DNA of 62,938 nt from a virus. Taxonomy: Duplodnaviria > Heunggongvirae > Uroviricota > Caudoviricetes. This document shows positions 1 through 9,576 of the stretch, one piece after another (within the stretch, counting starts at the first letter, position 1; every line of letters begins with the position of its first letter). Position numbers and translations under genes: made by a program. The stretch lies in the IMG/VR virus record IMGVR_UViG_2854558644_000001; one strand, given 5' to 3'. The notes under the pieces were generated by a model. The model ran no database searches. It was not told where the DNA came from and saw only the letters and a program-made list of their open reading frames with translations.

Positions 1-246
1 TTATAATAATTGTCCATTTAAATAATTATGAGGCGGTTTTTTTATTTCGGTTTTATATCTTAATTCCTTTGTGGCTTCCTCTTCAGATCCATATAGTCTA
101 TTAATAGGCACTCTGATTCCACCGCCTTCTTCAAATCGTACAGTAGCAAGATTACCAGTAACATGAGCGACAGTTACCTTTCTAACCTTCAAATTACTCT
201 CAATAATATAAGCTTCAATTCCCTCTTTCATAATATACCTCCACAA
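1..246 (-). CDS. Hypothetical phage protein
   Basis: Complete 81-aa ORF (stop at 1-3); likely start MKEG at 231; no recognisable motif. Confidence 0.6.
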   Translation of the reverse strand: MWRYIMKEGIEAYIIESNLKVRKVTVAHVTGNLATVRFEEGGGIRVPINRLYGSEEEATKELRYKTEIKKPPHNYLNGQLL

Positions 247-634
247 ATATCAACTGAAATAATTATACCATATTAAAATCGTAAAAAATAGGGAACACTT
301 CTGATTAATATAACCAGGAATGTTCCCTAAAAAATTTTTTGTTTATGTCTATACGCCTATATAAAATCGCTTATATATGGCTCAAATTGACTTAAATATA
401 AAATACACCGTCAATTTATCATATAATTATATAAAAGCCTTAATTTGGTCAAATACAAGCGATTTACCCCTTGTATATAGCTGTATTAAGAAATCGGTAT
501 TTCATGTGAAGTTTTTTGTAAAAAATTGGAGAATGCAATTAAAGATTCTCCTATTGAAAAGAAATATAAATATTACAATTAAACAGTAATAATATTAAAT
601 ACGATGGTGTAATTACTAAAGCAGTCTCTGAAAG

Positions 635-1216
635 TTAACTAAATATAAGCGAACCTGTAATATAATCACCCTTTTGGAATTCGCTTGTTGCCCATGCGCC
701 TTTCTCTCCATCTTTTGTATAATATCGAGCAAAAGCATAATGTTGACTTGCAGAGCTATATAATAATGTCGATCCATATCCGACCAATTTATATCGAATT
801 ACGCCTGTGGAATCGTATGGAGTATAATTGCTTTCCAATATTTTATTAAAGCTAGTAATACCCATATTTTCAAGAACTGTTGTCACATCATAATATCCAG
901 TAAAATTATTCTGTGCAGAATCTGGTGTTTCAATTCGAGACACAAAGTGTAATATTCCTATTTTAGCAGATTTATTATAATAACAATAATTATAGCCATA
1001 ACCTTCAAAAATACCATCTACGCTTGCAATATTTTTACAAAAACAATGTTTAATTTCTATATTACTGTTTAGTTGTGTTATCTGATCCTGTAAAACTTTA
1101 CCCTGAGAAGCTGCTAATGGAAGATTTTGTGACTCAGAAACACAAGAATTAACACAACTTCCAAAAATTTTTTTTCCAAACTGTTTAAAAACTTCACGTA
1201 AACTATAATCAGCCAT
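635..1216 (-). CDS. Hypothetical distal tail-module protein
   Basis: 193-aa ORF overlapping the upstream gene by 8 nt; lies after the Tal gene. Confidence 0.6.
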   Translation of the reverse strand: MADYSLREVFKQFGKKIFGSCVNSCVSESQNLPLAASQGKVLQDQITQLNSNIEIKHCFCKNIASVDGIFEGYGYNYCYYNKSAKIGILHFVSRIETPDSAQNNFTGYYDVTTVLENMGITSFNKILESNYTPYDSTGVIRYKLVGYGSTLLYSSASQHYAFARYYTKDGEKGAWATSEFQKGDYITGSLIFS

Positions 1217-1736
1217 TATCCTTTACCTCCTGTAATTTGTTTAACTCATTTTCAAGTTTATTTTTTTCATCTGCAAGTTTTGTCATTTTTTCGATTTCAT
1301 CTTTATATTCATCAATTGTTGCTCTGCCAGTTGCTATCTTAATTCCTATGTAGTCTAATGTTTTGAACTCATTATCAATAGAATATATTTTTGAATTAAT
1401 TTCATTTATTTTATTCTGTTTCTCTATTTCAGCTTTTTGTTCTTCTGTTAATTCAATGTCAATTGATTCAGAAATATTGTCACCGATATTGTTATTGTCT
1501 TCAATTGATTTAATAGAGCCATCATTACTTAATTCAAGAATATTATTATCATCATGTGAATAAATTGTTGTGTAACCTTCAAAAGTAGCATATATGTCGC
1601 CACTTTGAGTACTTACATCAATTCTATCAAATTTCGTTGGAGTATTATTACCAACAAGACTAATTCTTAATATATTGCCATTATGCACTATAGAATTAAT
1701 ATCATATATTCCTTCCTCAGTTTTAATTTTATCCAT
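1209..1736 (-). CDS. Hypothetical tail-module protein with C-terminal coiled coil
   Basis: 175-aa ORF with AGAAAGGAAA RBS; position in tail module. Confidence 0.6.
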   Translation of the reverse strand: MDKIKTEEGIYDINSIVHNGNILRISLVGNNTPTKFDRIDVSTQSGDIYATFEGYTTIYSHDDNNILELSNDGSIKSIEDNNNIGDNISESIDIELTEEQKAEIEKQNKINEINSKIYSIDNEFKTLDYIGIKIATGRATIDEYKDEIEKMTKLADEKNKLENELNKLQEVKDNG

Positions 1737-1755
1737 ATTTCTTTTCCTTTCTAAA

Positions 1756-1932
1756 TTAGCTTATTATCTCTGACCACAGTGTATTAAAGTCTGTATCAGT
1801 CATAACAATACCGTTTTTAAACAATTCGCCAACTGTAATTTGTTTCAAGTCGTTGCCTGAATTAACAAATATTTTGTCCGTATTAGCAATTGTTGAAACA
1901 GCAGTAGCACTTGTTATAGGTTTATTTGCCAT
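1756..1932 (-). CDS. Small tail-associated protein
   Basis: GGAGG RBS before MANKPITSATAVSTIANTDKIFV at 1932; resembles short N-terminal motifs of tail-fibre proteins. Confidence 0.55.
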   Translation of the reverse strand: MANKPITSATAVSTIANTDKIFVNSGNDLKQITVGELFKNGIVMTDTDFNTLWSEIIS

Positions 1933-1953
1933 ATTTTTAACCTCCATAAAAAT

Positions 1954-1975
1954 AGAGAGTCGTTGCCGACTCTCT
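1954..1975 (-). terminator. Intrinsic terminator after the Tal gene
   Basis: AGAGAGTCG-GCAA-CGACTCTCT stem-loop followed by ATTTTT on the minus strand. Confidence 0.75.
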
Positions 1976-1981
1976 TTATAA

Positions 1982-4900
1982 TTAAGCAATTAATATATAT
2001 CCACTTGCGTCAATAAGCATATTTCCGCTTGCATCTATAAGCTTTGATCCAATTGAATATTCATCAAATATAAGTGTATCTGAATTCCTTAACAAATTAT
2101 TACCATTTGCAAGTTCATCAACTTTAGTATTCGTTGCATATGTCTTTTTGACAGTGGTTTTAAATTCATCATAATCTTGATATACCGAAGCGGATTTATT
2201 AACAAAATCATTGATAGTGGTATTATTCTTTTCGATAACCTTTTCAAAAGTATCAACCGTTTCGTGAGTGGTTTGAATTGTTGAAATAATACTATTTTCC
2301 TTACCATTAACTGTGGATATCTCTGTTTCACCCAATATAGTCAAAATAGCTTTAGGTGACTCTTCTTTGGTGTAATATTCAGTTTTCAGTACCTCATATA
2401 TATTTTTTGCAATGGTTATATCTGCTGAAATGATATTTTGCCACTGATTATTTTCTTTCTTCTGAATTGTACACGTATAAATATAATCTGTTGATATATC
2501 TGTATATGCAACACTGACAGAAGTAGATATAATATTGTATCCTGAGTCCTGAGTACCGCCTGAAGCTGTTCGTCTTGTCCATACAGCACGATAATTAGTA
2601 CCGTTAATATTAACAATATCATTTGCATTCTTAACAGTACATGTTAATGTAGTATTTTTATTGAGTGTTTCAGCAAGAACAGTACCATTAGAACTTTCAA
2701 TTTTAGCGGTATAAGTCTTATTTTTAGCGACCTCATTTTTCATTTCACTTGATAATGTATTCTGCATAGTAGACAATTTGGTATTAAGTGTCTGCTTATC
2801 TTCATCAAAATAAATTTGTGAAGACTTAATTGTTGTTGTAGAACCATTTATGTTTGTTATGACAGAATCAATATCAAGCTTATCACCTGAGATACCATTA
2901 TAACTTGTATCTTTCTTCTTAACCATTTGGTCAACAATAAGTCCATCTGCAATAGCATTAGCAGTAATGCCCGAACCATTCATAATAGCAGTTCCGTTAC
3001 TATCATTAATAATAATAGAATGTCCACCCGTCTTATCAGTTCCTATCTGAACATAAACATTACCGTCTTTATCTTTGAATTGCATTGTAGAACCATTCAT
3101 AAGAACAGAACCACCATCATCTGAACCAATTGTGAAGTTACTTGTGAATAAATCATTAAGAGTTGCATGTCCTACAATAAGATTCTTTACAAACTCTGTA
3201 TCAACAGTTGAAGTTACGGTAGAAGATACAGCAGTTGTTAAACTTCTGATAAAAGCACTATCTGTATATAATTCTTTGATTTTTGCAATATCAATCTCTG
3301 AAAATTTCGCATAGAAATTCTCTGTTGTAATCGTGATTGATTTTAAGTTATCAATTCTTCCATTAATGGCAACAATAGTTTCACTTTCAAGTTTGTTGAG
3401 TTTTAGATAATTTGTATTAACGCCTGTAATAACATCTTGAAGAGTTGTCTTGTCTATCTTACCATCGCTAACAAATTTAACAGTTATATCTTTCAAGCAT
3501 AAATCATTAGAAAAAGAATCATATACAATCTTATCACCTGCAAAAGAGAATGAACCATTCTCAAGATCTATATGAGTGCCTGTTGTATTTACAGTTGAAT
3601 AATTTGCGGAGTAAATATGTCCTGATATTACTAAACCAGACATTAATACATCTGCAATCAATCCGTATACAGAATGTTCTTCACCATCAAGTGTATATGT
3701 AATTTGTCCAAGTGCTGTTTTAGCAGTTCTCCAATAATCATCAGTGAATACAAGCATATTATGAAGTATTCCCAACTGTTCAGGTGCGTAATAATCATTA
3801 ATATCATCATAAAGTCTTGCTCTAAGACCATTCTTATCTATAACGATATCTTCACTATCCGCATTTTTTATTGCAGTAACAGCAGTGTTTAAACCATTAT
3901 CAAGTAATCGGCTTATTGAATTCCTAGCTTCCTCACCTTTTTTTGCTTGATTAGAAACATATGAATAACTCGTAGCCATTTGTTGTGCTTTATCCATAAT
4001 ACTTTGAGTTGATATACCTGTATTATAAGCTACAGTAGCATCGGTAAATTCAACATTAATATTCTCAAGACTGCCGTAATTAACTTCATATGAAGATAAT
4101 CCTATTCTGAATACCTTATCATCAACAAGAATTCTCATCCAATTACCAAGAACAAATTTAGACCTAATAGGTAAAAATTCTTTCATTTGAAATAAATTAT
4201 ATAAAGTGCATGTGATTGTATGTTGTTTCATTGCAGATTTATATAATTCTTTTTGAGCATTCTCTATAAGTTCTTCAGCTTTCTTTAATAATTCCTCATT
4301 ATTAAGTCCGTCAGAAATATAATTTTCATTATTATATGTATCTTCACGTTTATAAGCGATAAACTCATAATACAAATCTTCACCAAGATATTTTTCAAAA
4401 TTAAGAGAATCTTGAATCTCGTTTCTTGTTGTAGTATATTCATCAAGCTGATTCTGCCATTCATTGATAGTTTTTTGTCGTGCATCAATTTCGTCTTCAC
4501 AAGCTTTTAACTTATTGAGATATGAGAGATACATCCCCTCATATAAATCCGCACCTTCTTTAGCTTGATCTGCTTCAACTAATGTGAATACACAACCTTC
4601 CAATGCAGACTTAAATGAAGTCAATCTATTAAGACAATATAATTTAATTGCTTCCTTAAAATTATCGAGACTTTTAATTGTTAGTACATCGAAAAGGCTA
4701 TCTTCTCCATCCTTATCGTTGCTTACAATATTCTTTTTGATTTTTTGGTCTAAATATGTCTCGTATAAATCATATACCTTAATTTCCAAATAATCAGTAT
4801 ATACAATATCTTCATCATTACTATAGTTTGTGACCTTGAATCGACCATACCAAGTACCATGATGATTATATTGTTCATCTGTACCAACATAAGTAAATGT

Positions 4901-6475
4901 ATTTGTATTATCTGTATCAACATCAACCTTAACATATCCTGATTTAACAAACACTTTTGCTAACATCTTCAATGCTGTATTGACAGTTGCAACAGAAGTA
5001 GAAGTAGTTACTTTCTGTAATCCTATCGGACTTAAATTAGCAACTGTAAGCTTATTTGCTTCAGTAGTTGCCGTAACATCTTCATGTTTAGTATCTGGCA
5101 TCATAGAAGATGTATAATAAAGAATCTTATCGTATGCGTCATATATGTTCTGATTGAGAGTACGATATGTATCAATTTTTTCATTATATAATGTATCATA
5201 AGAACTTATTTTTTGAACAAGCTCGTCAGACATTTCTTCTTTCTGTTCATCAGTTATATAATATATAACATCTGTTCCATTAGGATTAACATTACGAATA
5301 GCAGCATTAATATCATCGTCTCCACCTTCAATTTTAAAGCAGTTCTTGACTGAATCATTATCTGTTTCAAATGTGATAGAGTCACTTAAATTCTTACTGT
5401 TGATGAAAATTGAAGTGTCTTCACCGAAATAAGATATTTTCTTACTACCACATTTAGGACAAACTTCATCAAAATCTCCACGGTATCCACATTCAGGATT
5501 TAAACATTTTGTATACAAATCATATACGTTAATTGTTCTTGTTACGGAATTAAACTGAAATAAACAGTTAAATTGTTCAGAACAATCACCTGTAAGAAAA
5601 TCATATATAGAAGTATTATCAATAGAAAAGCTTCTTTGTAATTCAATAAGACTATCATCAACATGTCCAATCTTATAATGTGGGGCAAATGATAATATTC
5701 TATCTAACAAAGAAGCTTTTTTATCAGTAAGACTATAAAATTTTGTAACTACATAATCGTCTCTGGCAATATCATCCTCAGTATTAATTTCTGTATTTCT
5801 TATATAGATTTGACTTAATTCCGCTTCACAAAGAGAAGTAGCAGATATAGTTTTAGTGATATCATCCGTTCCGTTATTAGTTGATATCTTAATCTGATAA
5901 TATTCATTTAACTCTTTGACATATACCAAGCGAAAATCCTTTATTTTATCCCACAAAGGTTCGATAATGCCATCAACTTCTTTATGTACTGTAAAAGATA
6001 ATTCATTAGCAGAATTAAGATTCATCTTATAACTAATACTCTGAGTATCAATATTATTAATTTTACCATATATGTGCTTACCTCTAGTAGTAAGTAAAAT
6101 GGTGAGTTCTTGTACATAGGGAACAATTTCATCATTTTCCTGTGCATTATATACATCATGTTCAGAAGTATATAGTGTGAAACTTGCTGTAAGAATATTT
6201 CCAGTTGTGTCTGTAAGAATATTATTATAAGAATCGGTTATGATATCTTGTCCACCAATGACACTAACAATATATGTAATATCTTCACTCACCTCATCAG
6301 AAGTTATCTGAATGGTTTGTCCATATTCAACCCAATCAAGTAATTCACCCTTTAAATTCTTTTTCTGCCACATAAATCTATAATTTTGGGGACTATCAAT
6401 AACAGCTGTTAAAGTTGCAGTATGACCAGGCAGAAGAGTATGACCGCAAGATGATTGTATAGTTACATTATTCAT
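1982..6475 (-). CDS. Tail spike / Tal-like (prophage endopeptidase-type) protein, 1497 aa
   Basis: Follows Dit; N-terminal ELSFTV...GYYQI tail-hub-like region, central coiled coil, C-terminal fibre-like regions. Confidence 0.75.
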   Translation of the reverse strand: MNNVTIQSSCGHTLLPGHTATLTAVIDSPQNYRFMWQKKNLKGELLDWVEYGQTIQITSDEVSEDITYIVSVIGGQDIITDSYNNILTDTTGNILTASFTLYTSEHDVYNAQENDEIVPYVQELTILLTTRGKHIYGKINNIDTQSISYKMNLNSANELSFTVHKEVDGIIEPLWDKIKDFRLVYVKELNEYYQIKISTNNGTDDITKTISATSLCEAELSQIYIRNTEINTEDDIARDDYVVTKFYSLTDKKASLLDRILSFAPHYKIGHVDDSLIELQRSFSIDNTSIYDFLTGDCSEQFNCLFQFNSVTRTINVYDLYTKCLNPECGYRGDFDEVCPKCGSKKISYFGEDTSIFINSKNLSDSITFETDNDSVKNCFKIEGGDDDINAAIRNVNPNGTDVIYYITDEQKEEMSDELVQKISSYDTLYNEKIDTYRTLNQNIYDAYDKILYYTSSMMPDTKHEDVTATTEANKLTVANLSPIGLQKVTTSTSVATVNTALKMLAKVFVKSGYVKVDVDTDNTNTFTYVGTDEQYNHHGTWYGRFKVTNYSNDEDIVYTDYLEIKVYDLYETYLDQKIKKNIVSNDKDGEDSLFDVLTIKSLDNFKEAIKLYCLNRLTSFKSALEGCVFTLVEADQAKEGADLYEGMYLSYLNKLKACEDEIDARQKTINEWQNQLDEYTTTRNEIQDSLNFEKYLGEDLYYEFIAYKREDTYNNENYISDGLNNEELLKKAEELIENAQKELYKSAMKQHTITCTLYNLFQMKEFLPIRSKFVLGNWMRILVDDKVFRIGLSSYEVNYGSLENINVEFTDATVAYNTGISTQSIMDKAQQMATSYSYVSNQAKKGEEARNSISRLLDNGLNTAVTAIKNADSEDIVIDKNGLRARLYDDINDYYAPEQLGILHNMLVFTDDYWRTAKTALGQITYTLDGEEHSVYGLIADVLMSGLVISGHIYSANYSTVNTTGTHIDLENGSFSFAGDKIVYDSFSNDLCLKDITVKFVSDGKIDKTTLQDVITGVNTNYLKLNKLESETIVAINGRIDNLKSITITTENFYAKFSEIDIAKIKELYTDSAFIRSLTTAVSSTVTSTVDTEFVKNLIVGHATLNDLFTSNFTIGSDDGGSVLMNGSTMQFKDKDGNVYVQIGTDKTGGHSIIINDSNGTAIMNGSGITANAIADGLIVDQMVKKKDTSYNGISGDKLDIDSVITNINGSTTTIKSSQIYFDEDKQTLNTKLSTMQNTLSSEMKNEVAKNKTYTAKIESSNGTVLAETLNKNTTLTCTVKNANDIVNINGTNYRAVWTRRTASGGTQDSGYNIISTSVSVAYTDISTDYIYTCTIQKKENNQWQNIISADITIAKNIYEVLKTEYYTKEESPKAILTILGETEISTVNGKENSIISTIQTTHETVDTFEKVIEKNNTTINDFVNKSASVYQDYDEFKTTVKKTYATNTKVDELANGNNLLRNSDTLIFDEYSIGSKLIDASGNMLIDASGYILIA

Positions 6476-6476
6476 A

Positions 6477-7289
6477 CTATATTCCTACCTTTCGTATTGG
6501 TTTATAATCTATAGATATCTCGCATGGAGCAGATATAAGATATTCATTTATATCATTGTCATAAGTTGTAATTATTTTAGGAAATTCATAATTGAAATCA
6601 TTTGGAAATGTTATGTGAGAACCTAAAGAAGTGGAAGAAATACCATGTTCTCCATCAAGAGTTATAACCTCGTTTAACGATAGATTTTTTAAAATCGTTT
6701 GTGAATTATCTCTTTTATTTGTGATTGTAAGAGTACCTGCCTGCTTACATGTTATTGTCACAGTAGGATAAATAGGTTTGGTTATATCATCTGAATCGCT
6801 ATTTAAAGATATTGTGCTATTTGAGTTTCCGACTGAGAACGGTAATATATTTTTCTCAGCAAATCCAAAGGGAGCATTAGCGGTAAATGTCAATTCAAAT
6901 CCTATGACATTATCACCATATTTTTCGGCTTTCAAGTTAAAGCTTCCCATATAATATAAATCACTATCTACCTCATATATAGGTTTGAACTTATAATATT
7001 CAGGACGATTAAGCCATTTAATAATTTCACGTTGTTCCTGTTGTGAAAAATAGGAATTATTAGAATTATCGCAATTACTTTTACATATATATAAAACATC
7101 CGAATAAGGATCTTCTCCATAATCAGCAGAGATTTGTTTGCTAATAGAAGAGTTGCGGTTTTTAATTGATGTAAATAATATATCAGTGCCAATAGAAACC
7201 GTTTCTAATCCTGGACTATCGAAAGTGCAAAGCATACAGTTAAAATCTGTAAGTCTTTTTCCTGCGTATTCAAAATTTTTTAAGAACAT
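6477..7289 (-). CDS. Distal tail protein (Dit)-like
   Basis: MFLKNFEYAGKRLTDFN start, IIKWLNRPEYYKF, FTANAPFGF and ITLDGEHG are typical siphophage Dit motifs; directly upstream of Tal. Confidence 0.75.
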   Translation of the reverse strand: MFLKNFEYAGKRLTDFNCMLCTFDSPGLETVSIGTDILFTSIKNRNSSISKQISADYGEDPYSDVLYICKSNCDNSNNSYFSQQEQREIIKWLNRPEYYKFKPIYEVDSDLYYMGSFNLKAEKYGDNVIGFELTFTANAPFGFAEKNILPFSVGNSNSTISLNSDSDDITKPIYPTVTITCKQAGTLTITNKRDNSQTILKNLSLNEVITLDGEHGISSTSLGSHITFPNDFNYEFPKIITTYDNDINEYLISAPCEISIDYKPIRKVGI

Positions 7290-7349
7290 ACGTTATTTCC
7301 TCCTTTCTTATTATTATATTTTATATACATAAAAACTGAAACCTTCCTA

Positions 7350-9125
7350 TTATTCCCATCTTTGCTCACCCCATACCCATGAAGCAACAATTGTATTATC
7401 AACATATACTCTCAAGCAAGAACCATCCCAATCAAAAGTTATAGGATTTGTTGTGTACATAGCAGGATGTTTTGTTTGTCCGTAATGAGATATTTCTATT
7501 TTACTTGGTTCTGTAAAATAAGCAGAATTAGATATGTCGAGTCCTCCTTTTATTTTTACATTACCAGAAACAGTGAGCGATTCATTGGCACTCGAAACAC
7601 CATTAATAATTACTTTATTAGTTGTTATTTCAGCAGCTCCCAATGAACCCTTTGTATCTATGTAAAAAAGACAAGTATTATAAGCAAGATACTGCATAAG
7701 ATTTCTATTATTAGCAACCGTTTCATAATCAAAATCAGACAAATTATTAATAAAAAATGAACAAAGTGATTTTAAAGAATTAGTATATAACCCATCTTCA
7801 TTAATTTCCCAGCCTGCAATATTTCCACTGGTTGCAGTAATAACACCTGTTGAATCCCACTTTAAGTATTTACTATCAAAACTGCCATCGGCAAGATTTA
7901 GAAATGAACCAGTAGAATCTTTAACATAATTCTTACTTACAATAGCATCTGTTGCGATTGCGTCAGCAGTAACAGTACCAGTTTCAATTCGTCCACCATC
8001 AATTGTTGTCTTATTTGTTACATAGATATTTTTAATTATATCCTGTGTTGTGTTCCATGCTGCAACGGCATTTTCATTAGCAGTATTCAAAGCCTTTGCA
8101 AGAACAGCAGTTGTTGTAGTTGCATCGCCATTATCCCATGTTATTTTACTTCGAGTCCAAATATATTTCCCTTTAACCCATGTAGGTGATTCATTGTCAA
8201 TCCACGAGCCATCCTTTAATTCTGTAGAAGAAGAAGAAAGATAATACTGACTTATAATAGAAGATATTCCAACACCGTCTGAACCTTTATTACCAGTGAT
8301 ACACACAGGTTCACTTACTTCATTATCTCCATTTAAATTAGTTGAAACAGTTCTACTCCATATATAATAACCTTCTTCCCATAAAGGAGAAGCTTCACTC
8401 CATTTTCCATCCAAAGGTTCTTCTGAACTTGTTGATTTATAATATTCAGTTGTAACTTTACTTATAGAATTATTGACTGTATTACTCAAACCATTCCAAT
8501 TTTCTTGCATTGCGGATGAGAATGATTCAAAAGTAACTTTACCTGCAAGATTAATATTTTCAGCAACTAACTTATACAAATCACTTGTAAGACTCATAGA
8601 AGCTTGATTTTTACTGTTTTTATCTATAAGCCAATATATTTTCTCGGCATTCTGACCAATAGTAGTCATAGACTTATTTATTTCTTTTGTTGCATCACTA
8701 ATGTCTTCTTTCCATACCTTTTGTATTATTGAATCGGACAATTGTTGAACCTCTGAACCGAGAGATATAAGGTCATATTTAGCATCAAGTGGAGAAGGAG
8801 TCCAATTAGAATTGACTTCACCAACTTCAAGCTTCCATTCATATATCCAAAATTCCCCTGGATAAAACTTCAATTCAAGCGATTTCTGTTGAGATGGTGT
8901 AATTGTCATAACGACATGCGACCACTCTGTAGATACATTAGATGTTACACCTTCACAAGATATTTGACCTGCAACAGATGATTTTATATAACCATGAATA
9001 GTGTATTTTTTGCCTGTATCAAGATTAACAGGAAATTCAATATACGAATCATACATTGATGAGTTAAAATGACCACATTTAATAGGATCGCCATTTAATG
9101 TACTATCTACTTTTTCAATCTGCAT
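7350..9125 (-). CDS. Tail fibre / receptor-binding protein
   Basis: N-terminal carbohydrate-binding-like module ending WKLEVGEVNSNWTPSPLD; repeated W...P.W..GxYIWxR units; GNKGSDG collagen-like stub; IDGGRIETGTVTAD repeats. Confidence 0.7.
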   Translation of the reverse strand: MQIEKVDSTLNGDPIKCGHFNSSMYDSYIEFPVNLDTGKKYTIHGYIKSSVAGQISCEGVTSNVSTEWSHVVMTITPSQQKSLELKFYPGEFWIYEWKLEVGEVNSNWTPSPLDAKYDLISLGSEVQQLSDSIIQKVWKEDISDATKEINKSMTTIGQNAEKIYWLIDKNSKNQASMSLTSDLYKLVAENINLAGKVTFESFSSAMQENWNGLSNTVNNSISKVTTEYYKSTSSEEPLDGKWSEASPLWEEGYYIWSRTVSTNLNGDNEVSEPVCITGNKGSDGVGISSIISQYYLSSSSTELKDGSWIDNESPTWVKGKYIWTRSKITWDNGDATTTTAVLAKALNTANENAVAAWNTTQDIIKNIYVTNKTTIDGGRIETGTVTADAIATDAIVSKNYVKDSTGSFLNLADGSFDSKYLKWDSTGVITATSGNIAGWEINEDGLYTNSLKSLCSFFINNLSDFDYETVANNRNLMQYLAYNTCLFYIDTKGSLGAAEITTNKVIINGVSSANESLTVSGNVKIKGGLDISNSAYFTEPSKIEISHYGQTKHPAMYTTNPITFDWDGSCLRVYVDNTIVASWVWGEQRWE

Positions 9126-9148
9126 AATTTCACCATCCTTTCTTATAA

Positions 9149-9520
9149 TTAGTCGATAACTTTAACCATTTTTGTATATTTTCTAAGAATATCATCGCAT
9201 CCTTCTTCACATTTTTTTATATACAAAGGTTTTATTTTATCCAATTCTATCAATTTTTTCTTTAAGTCTTTTTTCATATCTAATAGCTCATTACAAAGCT
9301 TTTCTTCTGTCTCTTTTGCAATTTTATATGATTTTATCAAATTTCGAAGCTCGGAAACCGCGTGGTTACTGGGTTCAGAACCACATGAAAGAGTGATTTC
9401 AAGTTGTGTTCTTTTTTTTCTTTCTTCCTCTAGTTCCTTCTCAAGTAAGGAACAATGTTTTTTATAATATTCAAGTTCTTTACTTGTAGAGTTTTTATTT
9501 TTAATCAATTTATTTGACAT
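9149..9520 (-). CDS. Hypothetical coiled-coil protein
   Basis: 123-aa Lys/Glu-rich ORF with GGAGG RBS. Confidence 0.6.
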   Translation of the reverse strand: MSNKLIKNKNSTSKELEYYKKHCSLLEKELEEERKKRTQLEITLSCGSEPSNHAVSELRNLIKSYKIAKETEEKLCNELLDMKKDLKKKLIELDKIKPLYIKKCEEGCDDILRKYTKMVKVID

Positions 9521-9538
9521 TATATTCCTCCAATTAAA

Positions 9539-9572
9539 ATAGACGCATTGGCTATGACACCAATGCGTCTAT
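9539..9572 (-). terminator. Hairpin / terminator after the TMP
   Basis: 13-bp perfect stem ATAGACGCATTGG/CCAATGCGTCTAT with 8-nt loop just after the TMP stop. Confidence 0.7.
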
Positions 9573-9576
9573 AATA

